Part shown: one piece after another, positions 24,165 to 38,250 of the stretch
How positions within the stretch are numbered: the stretch's first letter is position 1
Layout: every line of letters starts with the position of its first letter
Source: an uncultured Acidobacteriota bacterium
GTDB taxonomy: Bacteria; Acidobacteriota; Vicinamibacteria; Vicinamibacterales; UBA2999
Assembly: GCA_963793705.1 (NCBI GenBank)
Contig: CAWCBC010000011.1
Coordinates: 65,351-129,350 of the forward strand
Direction of reading: 5' to 3'
DNA: 64,000 nucleotides
Made by a program: the position numbers and the translations under genes
The notes under the pieces: generated by a model
Databases searched by the model: none
What the model was told of the DNA's origin: nothing
What the model saw: the letters and a program-made list of their open reading frames with translations, nothing else

Positions 24165-24200
24165 TCTCTAGAGCGGTGCCTCTTAGAGCGGTGTCTCCTA
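24165..24200. repeat. About 2.5 tandem copies of a 15-16-nt unit TCT(C)TAGAGCGGTG(C/T)C at the convergent lipoprotein/bamA junction
   Basis: tctctagagcggtgcc (24165..24180), tcttagagcggtgtc (24181..24195), then tcctag, which contains the bamA stop codon. Confidence 0.7.
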
Positions 24201-27163
24201 GAACGTCGTTCCAACAGCAAACCTGAAGATCCGATCCTTCTGCGGGCGCAGGTTGTTGTCGAGCACGCCGGCGCGCTGCGGGTTAAACGCGTAGATCAAC
24301 CGGAACGGCACGTTCAGGACCGGCATGAAGAATCGCAGCTCGACACCGGTCGAGGTCTTGAAGGCGCTGGTCTTGCCGATCACCTGCGTCGTGACGCCCG
24401 GCGCATCTAGCGGCGTCAGGGACGACACGCGACAGCGCGTCGATCAGCGGTGGTTGGGGCGGAAACACGAGTTGGGTCAGATCCTCTTTCCACGCAAAGG
24501 ACTGGCCGACGTCGCGCACCTGACCTGCGTCGTAGAACAGCACGAACCGCACCTGACTGGCGATCGAAATCAGATACTCCGCGTTGAACAGCAGGCTCTT
24601 GTTGCCGCCGAGCACGGCCAGCGAGCCAGGCACGGTCGGCCCGACCGAGCGCAGATCGAGGCCGCGGATGCTGTATTCACCGCCGAGCGTGAGGCGCTCG
24701 AAGATCGGCAGGTTCTTCTGCGCACTGCTGCGTCGGGTCCTCGAAGCAGGGCTGTTGCCAACCGCACGGATGTACTCCGTCTGGGCGCGGAAACCGAATG
24801 ACGTCCGCGGCAGATGCCGCTTGAAGTAGATCAACTCGAAGCGCGGCTTGAAGTAATTGGTGTTGCCGCCCAGCAGCGCCAGATCGATGCCGGCGGTGAT
24901 CTTCTTGCCCTCGTTCGGGAAGATGGGGTTGTCGACCGTATTGTGAACGAAGCTCGGGACCACCTTGCTGACCGTCCGGCTGCCACCCTGTCCAAGGAGC
25001 AGCGATTCGAGGACGAAGGGATTCCGGGCGAGGATCTCGCGCTGCGTTGGCGTCAACGCGACAGGTCGCCCACCGATGAAATCGTCCCGCAACCCGGTCG
25101 AGCTCAGCAGACACGACTGATCGATCAGCGCCTCGTTCAGGTTGGTCGATCTTCACCGACTCGTAGGAGTAGCTGAAGAACATGCGGCTGAAACTCGCCA
25201 CCGGGACGCCGAAGATCAGGTTCCCACCAGCCGACTTCTGCGTGTAGTAGCCGATGTAGTCGAGCGACCGCTTGAAGAAGTCGAAGCCGCCGGTGATGTT
25301 GCGGTCGAACAGATACGGCTCGGTGAAGGCCAGCTGATAGTTCTGCGACCGATCGCCTGCCGTCATGTTCATCGTCAGGGTCTCGCCGCGACCCATGAAG
25401 TTCGACGTCTGGAACGACAGCTGGCCGAACACGCCCTCGTACTGCGACACGCCGGCGCCGAAGGTGAGCTGATTGCGGTTCTGCTCCGCGAGCTTCATCG
25501 TCACGTCGACGGTATTCGGCCGGCGTGGTGTTCTTGTCGATCTTCGTGTCGCGCTCGTCGCCGTGAATCTCGGTGAAGTAGCCGAGCTGGTTGAACCGCC
25601 GCACGCTGAACTTGAGCGCCTCGGTGTCGAACGTTCCGCCTTCGAACAGCCGCATCTCGCGGCGGATCACGTTGTCGCGCGTGGTCGTGTTCCCGGTGAA
25701 GGTGATGCGGTTGACGAAGTACTGCGGCCCTTCCTGGAAGAGCACGTTGACGTCGACGATCGGGTCGACCTTCTTCACGCCGGCCTTCTCCGGCTCGTCC
25801 GGCGCGAGCAGCATCGGCGGCACCAGCTGCCGCAACCGCCTGCTCGAATCGGATCGGGGTCGTCGCTGTACTTGAACATCGGCGCCGGCGTCCACTCCAT
25901 GTAGCCGCCCCGACCGTAGATCTCCTGCGTGATCTTGAAGCCGTCGTAGAGCTTCTTGCGGTTGTACCACTCGCCCGGCTTCATCTTGTAGACCGGCCGC
26001 AGCCGGTCTGACGGCAGCACCTTGTTGCCGTCGAACGAGAGCTCGCCCATCCGGTAGCGCGGGCCTTCGGTCACGGGAATGCGGAGCTCGATCCATCGCG
26101 TGCTGCCGTCCTTGCTCTCGCGCAGCACTTTCAGTTCGGGCTGGCCGACCCGGGCACGCGCATAGCCTTTCCGCTGGTAGAAGTCGACGACCCGGGCCGC
26201 GTCCTCTTCGAACGCCGTTTCCTTCCACGTCCCGCCGCCTTTCAGGAAGCCGAGCGTGAAGATGCTGCCCTTGGGCTTGTTCTCCTTCACGTTCTTCTTG
26301 AGGGCGCCGTCGCTGATCGGCGGTGTTGCCGATGAAGTCGATCCGGCTGATCTTGTCTTTCGGACCCTCGGCGACGATGAAGGTGACGTTGACCAGCTTG
26401 GGACCGCCGGCGACCGCGGTGAGCGTGTGCGAGATCCGCGAGTTCGCGAACCCCTTGTCGGTCATCAGGTCGTCGAGCACCGTCTCGACGCGGCGGATCA
26501 TCGCCAGATCGACGAACGCGTCGAGCCGGACCAGAATGTTTTTTTCGCGAAGCTTGTCGTCGATGTCGCTGCGCTTGATGATTTTGATCGGCTCGCCTTT
26601 GCCGTCGCGGTAGTCGACGATCTTCACGCGCTCGCGCTCTTCGCCGATGTAGCTGACGATCTTCCCGACGGCGCCGTTCGGAAACGTGTAGTCGGTGCAC
26701 CTCGATCCGCAGGTCGTCGAGGAACGTGGTGTCGCGCATCAGCGTGACGAAGTCGGCCTTGGCGACTTGCTCGGCCTGCTCGTTCCACGGGCGTCCAGAC
26801 GCCCTGGACGGGCTGGCTGACCAGCTCGTCGAACTTCGCGTAAAACTGATAGGTCTCGGGCTCGATCGTCGACGTCTGCGCTTCCGCGTCCTGCGACGGG
26901 AAGCACAGCTCCCAGATCCAGATGAACGTGGTGTCCGGCCGGGGGCGTCGCCTGACGGCGGCGCCGCAACGGCGTACCGCACGGCGTCCGTGTGATCGCG
27001 CCCGGGGGCAGCGGCGCCTGCGCGCTTGAGCAGCCGGAGCAGCCGGCTGGGCGGCCTGCGCCGGGCGCGGGGCGGGCGCGGCGGCTTGCGCGGACGCCCG
27101 CGCGGGCGCACCGATGCCAGCCAGCCCGGCCAGCACGAGCGCCATCAGAAATTGCTTACGCAT
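24198..27163 (-). CDS. bamA: Outer membrane protein assembly factor BamA; split over at least six frame segments
   Basis: The N-terminal signal MRKQFLMALVLAGLAGIGAPARASAQ is in ORF 26624..27163. POTRA-like pieces are in ORFs 25137..26627 and 25775..26290. Barrel pieces are in ORFs 24677..25504 and 24283..25092. The C-terminus is ...VELRFFMPVLNVPFRLIYAFNP...FRFAVGTTF (ORF 24198..24428). Confidence 0.9.
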
Positions 27164-27323
27164 TCGGTGGAGGATTCCTCAACAGCCTGTCTCGCCGATT
27201 TGTCCGCCGGAGCTTGGCGAAGGCGGAAGCAAGGCGGAACAAACACCCAAGTTTACTGGATTTAGGACGATGGAAAAGGCCAGGTGGCCGGCAGGTCCGC
27301 GGACCTCGGCAGATTTGTCAGGT

Positions 27324-27372
27324 TGTAGGGCGGGTGCCGCGACGCGCTGATTCCACGTCGCGGACCCGGCAG
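27324..27372. repeat. Copy 1 of a roughly 50-nt repeat (TGTAGGSCGGGTKCCGCGAC...GTCGCGGACCCGGC) containing a 7-8-bp stem hairpin; 4 nt downstream of the clpC stop
   Basis: tgtagggcgggtgccgcgacgcgctgattccacgtcgcggacccggcag aligns with 30390..30440 at about 44 of 51 positions in the same orientation. Confidence 0.8.
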
Positions 27373-27376
27373 ACCG

Positions 27377-29815
<2,439 letters not shown>

Positions 29816-29869
29816 CCGGCCTGCCTAAAGGTTACGAGTTGGTGTGGAAGTGCGAGCCTCTCGTTCGCC

Positions 29870-29898
29870 ATTATAAGGCAAAGCTCTGGCGGAACCAA
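29870..29898 (-). promoter_or_regulatory. Candidate sigma70-type promoter for clpC: -35 TTGGTT (29893..29898), 17-nt spacer, -10 TATAAT (29870..29875)
   Basis: A perfect TATAAT hexamer on the minus strand lies about 55 nt upstream of the clpC ATG, with canonical spacing to a TTG-type -35. Confidence 0.45.
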
Positions 29899-29911
29899 CG
29901 GAGGCGTCGCG

Positions 29912-29932
29912 CTAAGTCCCACGTCCACTTAG
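29912..29932. promoter_or_regulatory. Inverted repeat CTAAGT-N9-ACTTAG just upstream of the clpC -35
   Basis: ctaagt (29912..29917) and acttag (29927..29932) are exact reverse complements, 13 nt upstream of the putative -35. Confidence 0.3.
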
Positions 29933-30017
29933 AGTTCGACGAACGCTTTGGGCACCTGCCTGTCGCGTCCCTGATCCTTTCGACGCCGAATCGTCGTCGG
30001 CAGGTCTCAGGGTCAGG

Positions 30018-30312
30018 TCAGGTCGTGTGCTTCCCTGCCGCGCGGATAACTGTCTTATCGACCAGGGCGCGGGCCGCGACAGCATCGTAGGCGAGGAAAT
30101 GGGGGGAGCGGCGGTGCGCGGCGTGGGCATCGGGCGAGTCGTAGACCTCGTACAGCACCCAGCGCGTCGGATCGTCCTGCTGCTGGCTGACATCGAACCG
30201 GATGCAGCCCGGATCGTGGGCGACCGACTCGCGCGCGTTGTGCAGCAGCGACGCGCTCGAACTCCTCGAGCAACTCGGGCTTGACGGTCACCAGCACCAG
30301 GACGATGTGCAT
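30018..30312 (-). CDS. ABM (antibiotic biosynthesis monooxygenase/Dabb) family protein; frame interrupted
   Basis: MHIVLVLVTVKPELLEEFER (in ORF 30055..30495). Hand-joined frames continue ...HDPGCIRFDVSQQQDDPTRWVLYEVYDSPDAHAAHRRSPHFLAY...VIRAAGKHTT-stop at 30018. Confidence 0.65.
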
Positions 30313-30389
30313 GCAGCTCTGGCGGGTCCGCCTCGATGGCACCGGACTCGGCGGGACCCGCCCTACGGTAGATCCATTAATCCAACCAC

Positions 30390-30440
30390 TGTAGGCCGGG
30401 TTCCGCGACTGCGCTGGATCCATCGTCGCGGACCCGGCTG
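30390..30440. repeat. Copy 2 of the roughly 50-nt repeat seen at 27324..27372, in the divergent ABM/garR-like spacer
   Basis: tgtaggccgggttccgcgactgcgctggatccatcgtcgcggacccggctg; same orientation as copy 1. Confidence 0.8.
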
Positions 30441-30457
30441 AAATATACTGCCGCTGC

Positions 30458-31349
30458 ATGAAGGAAACGATTGGATTCATCGGCCTGGGACTCATGGGCC
30501 GGCCGATGGCGAAGAACCTCCTGAAGGCCGGCTACCCCGTTGTCGTCTACAGCCGGAGTCGAGGTCCGGTTGACGACCTGGTCGCGTCGGGTGCGACGCG
30601 CCGCCGCGTCACCTGCGGACGTCGCCCGCCAGGCGACCCGCGTCATCACCATGGTTCCCGACTCCCCTGACGTCGAGCAGGTCCTCGACGGCCCGAACGG
30701 CGTGTTCTCCGCGATGCAGCCAGGCACCATCGTCATCGACATGAGCAGCATCGCGCCGGCCGTCGGCCAGGCGGCTCGCCGCCAAGGCGCGAGGCGCGCG
30801 GCGGTGCGATGCTCGACGCGCCCGTCAGCGGCGGCGACATCGGCGCCATCAACGGAACGCTCTCGATCATGGTCGGCGGCGACGCCGCCGACTTCTGCCG
30901 CGGTCAAGCCGATCCTCGACGTGATGGGGAATCCGGAGAAGGTCGTCCACGTCGGCGAGTCCGGCGCCGGTCAGCTCTGCAAGCTGTGCAACCAGATGGT
31001 CATCGGCGGCACGCTTGCCGTGGTCGCCGAAGCGCTGGCGCTGGCGCGGAAAGCCGGCGTCGACGCGTCGAAGGTGCGCGAGGCGCTGCTCGGCGGCTTC
31101 GCCCAGAGCCGCGTCCTCGAGGTGCACGGCGAGCGCGCACTCAAGGGCACGTTCAAGCCAGGCTTCAAGACGCATCTCTACGCGAAGGACATGCGCAACG
31201 TCGTCTCGACGCTGGCCGAGCACAACGTGCCGGCGCCGGTCACGGCCGTCGTCCAGCAGTTGCTGCACGCGACGATGGCCGCCGGCCGTGGCGAGGACGA
31301 CAACTCGGTGATGGCGAAGACGGTGTTCGAGATGGCGGGGTTGAAATGA
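30458..31349 (+). CDS. NAD(P)-dependent 3-hydroxyisobutyrate/2-hydroxy-3-oxopropionate reductase family dehydrogenase; frame interrupted
   Basis: MKETIGFIGLGLMGRPMAKNLLKAGYPVVVYSRS (ORF 30458..30670). ...VVHVGESGAGQLCKLCNQMVIGGTLAVVAEALALARKAGVD...KDMRNV... (ORF 30540..31349). Confidence 0.85.
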
Positions 31350-33313
31350 ACGCGAGCCATGAACGCGACGTTCCACGGTTCCAGGTTCTCGCGTGCCGGG
31401 TTCGTGTTCCGGTTCGGCTGCTCGCTGTTCTGGTTCTGTTCGTCGGTCCGCAGTTCGGCGTTCGCCGAGGTCACGAAGGTGACGATCGCCGCGCGCACGC
31501 CGGTGGCCGACGGGCAGGCGTTCGGCAAGACCGGCGCCGTACGAGAAGCTCACCGGCACGATCGAGTTCGCGCTGGATCCGGCGGATCGCCACAACAAGG
31601 CGATCGTCGACCTCGAGCATGCGCGTCAAGGGGCCGGACGGCAAGGTTCACTTCACCGCCGATCTGTTCGTCCTGCAGCCGGTCGACACGGCTCGAGGCA
31701 ACGGCGTGCTGCTGTTCGAGATTTCCAACCGCGGCACGAAGGGCATGCTGGGCCGGTTCAACCGCGCGCCGGCGAGCAACGACCCGACGACCGCGGCGCA
31801 GATGGGCGACGGCTTCCTGATGCGCGAGGGCTACACGCTGGTCTGGGTCGGCTGGCAGTTCGACGTCGCCGCGCCGAACCTGCGCGTCGAGGCGCCTGCC
31901 GTCGAACGTCGCCGGGCCGGGTCACGGTGACGACCATCCAGAATGAAGTCGCGCACGGACGCGACGTTGAACGACCTGCCCGCCGTCGTACGCGCCGGTC
32001 GATCCGAACGACCCGTCTGCCACGCTGACGGTCCGCAACTCTGTTTCGCGACACGCCGACGCCGCTGCCGCGCAGCACGTGGCGGTTCGGTTCGCCGGCC
32101 GACAACGGCCGCGCCGCGACTGATCCTGGACAGCGGGTTCGAACCCGGACGGGTCTACGAGGTCGACTTCGCCGCGACCGGCGCGCGCGTCGCCGGCGTC
32201 GGTCATGGCCGCGATTCGCGACGCGGCCTCGGCGTTCCGCTATCGCGACCGACCTGCCCGTGCGCGGGCGCAACGCCTACGTCTTCGGCATCTCGCAGAG
32301 CGGACGCTTCCTCCGTCAGTTCCTCCACGACGGCTTCAACGCCGACGAGCGGGACCGCCGGGCGTTCGATCTCGTCTGGGCCGCACATCGCCGGCGCCGG
32401 CCAGGGCTCGTTCAACGAGCGGTTCGCGATGCCGGGCTATTCGTCGTTTCCTGCCACGCGGTTTCCGTTCACCGACCGCGAGCAGGTGGACGCCGCCGGG
32501 CAGCGCGACGGCCTGCTCGCCCGCTATCCGCCGCGCTACAGCCGAAGGTCATCTACACGAACACGCCGGTCGAGTACTGGGGCCAGGGGCGCGCCGCCGC
32601 ACTGACGCACACGTCGCTCGATGGAACGCGCGACCTCACGCTGCCCGACAACGTCCGCAGCTATCTGCTCGCCGGCACGCAGCACGGTGAAGCGGCATTT
32701 CCGCCGGCGCCAGGCCAGGGGCAGGAGCTCGGCAACCCGATGCCGCAGGGCGACGTCATGCGCGCGCTGCTCCGCGCAGGCCATCGCTGGGTGAGCGCGC
32801 GGAACTGCCGCGCCGCCCAGCAGCGCTATCCGACGCTGCGCGCACGGATCGCTGACGACGCTCGGACAACGCTGCGCTTCCCGGCGATTCCTGGCGTGGC
32901 CGATCCGCGCACTCGGTCGAGCCGCCGCTGCGCCGCCGCTGCCGCTTCCTCGTGCCGCAGGTCGACGACGACGGCAACGACGTCGCCGGCATCCGCGTTC
33001 CCGAACAGGCCGTGCCACTCGCGACGACGACTGGCTGGAACTTCCGCGCCGAACGGATCGGCAACCCGAACGACGATCGTCGCGCTGACCGGCTCGTATA
33101 TCCCGTTCGCCCGCACGCGCGGCCGAGCGCGAGGCGAGCCAGCGATCCGCGCCCGTCGATCGAGGAGCGGTACGCGGGCAAGGACGACTACCTGCGCGCG
33201 CATCCGCGCCGCGGCCATGGCGCTGGTCAAGAGCGGATACATGCTCGCGGAGGACGTCGACGGCGCCGTCGCAGCGCGCCGCGCGGCATTGGGACTGGGC
33301 GACGACGAGATAA
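31346..33313 (+). CDS. Secreted alpha/beta-hydrolase-like protein of unknown function; many frame breaks
   Basis: Signal-like RLLAVLVLFVGPQ...SAFA then EVTKVTIAAR. Conserved-looking blocks are VLLFEISNRGTKGMLGRFN, GYTLVWVGWQFD, NAYVFGISQSGRFLRQFLHDGFN, KVIYTNTPVEYWGQGRAAALTHT and PQVDDDGNDVAGIRVPE, spread across ORFs 30809..31930, 32260..33510 and 32952..33446. The ATGA overlaps the upstream stop. Confidence 0.6.
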
Positions 33314-33314
33314 C

Positions 33315-33396
33315 GGTTCGCCCGTTCCGGGGTTCTCGGTCTGTCCCGGTTCGTGTTCAGGTTCGTGCGGTTCAGGCTCGGGAGCTCGGGTTCAGC
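33315..33396. repeat. GTTC/GTTCGTG-rich simple-sequence island in a convergent intergenic spacer
   Basis: ggttcgcccgttccggggttctcggtctgtcccggttcgtgttcaggttcgtgcggttcaggctcgggagctcgggttcagc. Related islands occur at 61201..61257 and 63278..63304. Confidence 0.7.
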
Positions 33397-33427
33397 GCTG
33401 CGGACATCGGACGGATTCTGCGGCCGT

Positions 33428-34105
33428 TCAAGCCGGATGCAGCTGACCGCGTTCCAGCCGCAGCACGCGATCGCACGCGGCGGCCAGCCGCGGGTTATGC
33501 GTCGCGATGACCGACGTCAGTCCGTGCTCGGCGTGCATCTCCCGGAGCAGGCCGTGCAGCGCATCGCCGGTGACCTCGTCGAGGTCGCCGGTGGGCTCGT
33601 CGGCCAGCAGCAGCGCCGGCCGCATGACCAGCGCGCGCGCGACGGCGACGCGCTGCTGCTCACCGCCGGACAGCATGTTCGGCCGGTGGGCGACGCGCTC
33701 GGCCAGCGCCGACGCGCGTCAGCAGTCGCTGCGACGGCGGCGCGCCTCGGCGAGCGGCATGCCGCGCGATCCGCATCGGCATCTCGACGTTCTCGACGGC
33801 GTCGAACTCCGGCAGCAGATGGTGAAACTGGAAGACGAAGCCGACGTGGCGGTTGCGGAACGCGACGAGCGCCGGGTCGGCCAGCGACAGCAGGTCGGTG
33901 TCGCCGACGCGAATCGATCCGGAGTCGGCGCGATCGAGCCCGCCGAGCAGGTGCAGCAGCGTGCTCTTGCCGACGCCCGACGCGCCGACGATCGCCACCA
34001 TCTCGCCGCGCCGCGACGTCGAGATCGACGTCGCGCAGCACGTGCAGCCGGCTGCTCCCGCCCTCGTAGAACTTGTTGAGGCCGCGGACGCTGACGAACG
34101 GCTCG
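33428..34105 (-). CDS. lolD: ABC transporter ATP-binding protein, LolD-like; frame interrupted, start unclear
   Basis: [25 protein letters not shown]...[18 protein letters not shown] (ORF 33660..34376). [32 protein letters not shown] (ORF 33428..33676). Confidence 0.85.
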
Positions 34106-34110
34106 CCGCG

Positions 34111-35340
34111 TTATTCGAACCGCAGCGCCTGCGACAGGGTCGAGCCGGCGGCCTGACGGGACGGGATAGATCGTCGCCAGGAAGCAGATGACGATCGCCG
34201 ACACGACCACCGCAATCAGGTCCTCGGGCTTGACGACGAACGGGACGTAGGCGACCTGATAGACGTCCTGCGGAATGCTGCACCAGCTTGTACTCGGTCA
34301 GCACCCAGCACACCGCCACGCCGACGAGGGCGCCGCCGACCGTGCCGACGATGCCGATGATCAGCCCCTGCATCATGAAGATGACGCGAAATGCGCTGCG
34401 GCGAGGTCCCCATCGTCTTGAGGATGCCGATGTCGCGGCTCTTCTCCATGACCAGCAGCACCAGCGACGCGACGATCTGCAGCGCGGCTACCATCACGAT
34501 CAGGCCGATGGCGATCGACATCCCCAGCTTCTCGAGCCCCAGCGCGGAAAACAGCGACGCGTTGAGGTCGCTCCAGTCCTGCGCGACGATAGGCCGGGCC
34601 GAGCGCCTCGACGCTGTCCGCGATCTCCGGCGACGCGTTGATGTCGTCCACGCGCAGCTGGATCATCTCGACCTGATCGACGCCAACCAGCTTCTGGGCA
34701 AATTCGCAGCGACACAAAGCCCCACTGCGGCGTCGAACTCCTGCAGGCCGAGCGCGAAGATGCCGGCGACGCGCGCGGGGCGGTTGCGCGGCACCATGCC
34801 GCCCGGCGAGAGCGTGCCTTGATCGGTCAGCAGGTTGACCGTGTCGCCCACCTCGACCGCCGAGCGCTTCGGCGAGCTGTCGTGCCGATGCAGGATGCCC
34901 GGCAGCTCGCCCTCAGCGGCCTCGCACGCGCCTCGACACTCCCCTTCTGCAGCGTCTTCTTGATGTCGGTGACGTTTGGCTCGAGGTCCGGGTCGATGCC
35001 CTTCAGCGTGATGAAGCCGTTGCGCCTGCGGACTGCTGATCAGCGCCTTGCCCATGATCGCCGGCGCGGCGCCGAGGACGCGCGGCACGGTCAGGAGCTT
35101 CTGCACCTCGGCGCGATAGTCCTCGATCCCGCCGGACTTCTGGACGTAGATGTGCGCCGTCGATCCGAGGATGCGATCGCGAAGCTCGCCCTGCAGTCCG
35201 GTCATCAGCGCCAGCGCGATGATCAGCGCGATGACGCCGACGCCGACGCCGATCGTCGAAATCAGCGAGATGACGGAAATGAGCGCCTGCTTGCGCCGCG
35301 CCAGGAGATAGCGAAGCGCGATGAAGAGCTCGAGACGCAC
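34111..35340 (-). CDS. LolC/LolE-family (FtsX-type) ABC transporter permease; frame interrupted
   Basis: [59 protein letters not shown] (ORF 34663..35340). ...[17 protein letters not shown] (ORF 34216..34521). The hand-read tail is ...[19 protein letters not shown]-stop. Confidence 0.85.
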
Positions 35341-35344
35341 GTGT

Positions 35345-36846
<1,502 letters not shown>

Positions 36847-36850
<4 letters not shown>

Positions 36851-37316
36851 TCGCGTTCGAGCTTCCGCCGGATGCCATCGAGAATGCCGTTGATGAAGCG
36901 CACCGATTCGTCGCCGCTGAAGCTCCGCGCCAGCTCGAGCGCCTCGTTGATGATGACCTTGGCGTGGGTGTCCGGGTCGGTGCAGGAACTCGTAGACCGC
37001 CAGCCGCAGGATCAGGCGATCCATGACGTTCATCCGCTCGATCCGCCAGTGCTCGGCGGCTTCGGCAATGATCGGATCCAGCTCCGCGACGGTTGACACC
37101 ACGCCATCGGCCAGGCCAATCGGCGAACTCCCGCAACTCCGCGCCCAGCGGCTCGTCCGTCTCGTCGTCATGCGACCAGAACGTCTGGTGCACGTCGACC
37201 ATCGACAGCCGCCCGACCTCCCATTGATAGAGCATCTGCAGCGCCGCTTCGCGCGCACGATGCCGCGATTCCTGCGGCGCGCGTGGCGCCGAGCGCTTCT
37301 CGGCGCGCGCCGTCAC
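36847..37316 (-). CDS. nusB: Transcription antitermination factor NusB; frame interrupted
   Basis: [18 protein letters not shown] (ORF 36789..37667) and ...[24 protein letters not shown] (ORF 36155..37258). It has a GTGA overlap with ribH and an ATGA overlap with lysS. Confidence 0.85.
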
Positions 37317-37806
37317 GCGCCGCCTCCCGCCGGCGCATGGTGCGCGCCGAGCCGCTTGAACAGCGTGGCCATTTCGATCGCGGCAAGCGCTACCTCGCGT
37401 CCCTTGTTGCCGTCGCCCGGCGCCGAGCGCGCGATCGCCTGCTCCTCCGTCATCGTCGTCAGCACGCCGAATGCGACGGGCACGCCGGTGGTGACGCTCA
37501 CGTTCATGATGCCCTGAGACGCGGCCTCGGCGATGTATTCGAAGTGCATCGTGTCGCCCTTGATCAGGCACCCGAGACAGATGACGGCGTCGAACCGCCC
37601 CGTCTGCGCCAGGTGCAGCGCGGCAACCGGGAGTCTCAAACGCGCCGGGCACGTGGACCAGCGCCACATCCGTCGTCCCTGACGCCCGCCTCCAGCAGCG
37701 CCGCGCGCGCCCCGATCAGCAGTCCGGAGGTGATTTCCTCGTTGAAGCGGGACACGATGATCGCAAAGCGGCAGCCCGTCGCGACGACTGAACCTCGTAT
37801 ATCCAT
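37313..37806 (-). CDS. ribH: 6,7-dimethyl-8-ribityllumazine synthase; one frame break near 37670
   Basis: [30 protein letters not shown] (tail of ORF 37636..38250). ...[48 protein letters not shown] (ORF 37313..37669). Confidence 0.9.
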
Positions 37807-37835
37807 CGGCGGCAGGTGGCGCGGTGTTGTCAACG

Positions 37836-38250
37836 TCAGGACTTGGGCTTCGGGATCCGGTCCTGTGGAGCTGCGATTATATGCCACGCCCAGCACGCGA
37901 TCAGCGCGATCGACGCGCCCACCACGTCCGCGAGCGACATCGCGGACGTCTGCCGTTCGGAGCGGCACGAACAGCTGATGCAGCTCATCGCTGATGGCGT
38001 AGCTGACGACGATCAGCAGCGTCGCTTTCACGTGCGCCGCAGTGACCCGCGAACCCAGACCGCCTGCCACCGCACGAAAGACCACGAGACCGAAGCCGAA
38101 GTACTCGACGGCGTGCTGCAGCTTGTCCGGAATCCTGCTGGGTGCGGGCGGACTGGACTGCGCCGAGAGATAGAAGATCCCCGCCATGTAGACGACGACC
38201 GGTGCCCACAGGAGGAAGCGGTTGATACTTCGTCGGTAGTTCGTAGTCAA
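37836..38250 (-). CDS. VanZ-family membrane protein; frame break near the 3' end
   Basis: ORF 37636..38250 opens [32 protein letters not shown]...[16 protein letters not shown]...[19 protein letters not shown]. The hand-read tail is [20 protein letters not shown]. Confidence 0.7.

Noticed and set aside
30001-30045. The sequence ggtcaggtcaggtcgtgtgcttccctgcc looked reminiscent of the SRP RNA GGUCAGGUCCGGAAGGAAGCAGC helix-8 region.
   Set aside because: The GGAA/AGCAG tetraloop-proximal motif is absent. The stretch translates cleanly as the C-terminus and stop (30018..30020) of the ABM-family gene.
31371-31450. A GTTC-rich stretch similar to the intergenic GTTCGTG islands.
   Set aside because: In the appropriate frame it encodes a plausible signal-peptide h-region (RLLAVLVLFVGPQ..SAFA) of the secreted hydrolase-like protein. 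The similarity is probably a Leu/Val/Phe codon effect.
32120-32145. gggttcgaacccgg resembles a tRNA T-arm.
   Set aside because: It lies inside the hydrolase-like CDS (reads LDSGFEPGRVYEV). No acceptor stem, D-arm or anticodon arm can be built around it.
33340-33385. The GTTC...GTTC words could be direct-repeat LexA-type boxes (GTTC-N7-GTTC).
   Set aside because: The spacings I count are irregular (for example 8 nt). The islands lie at 3' ends of genes rather than in promoters. No SOS genes are adjacent. I am not certain enough of the consensus for this lineage.
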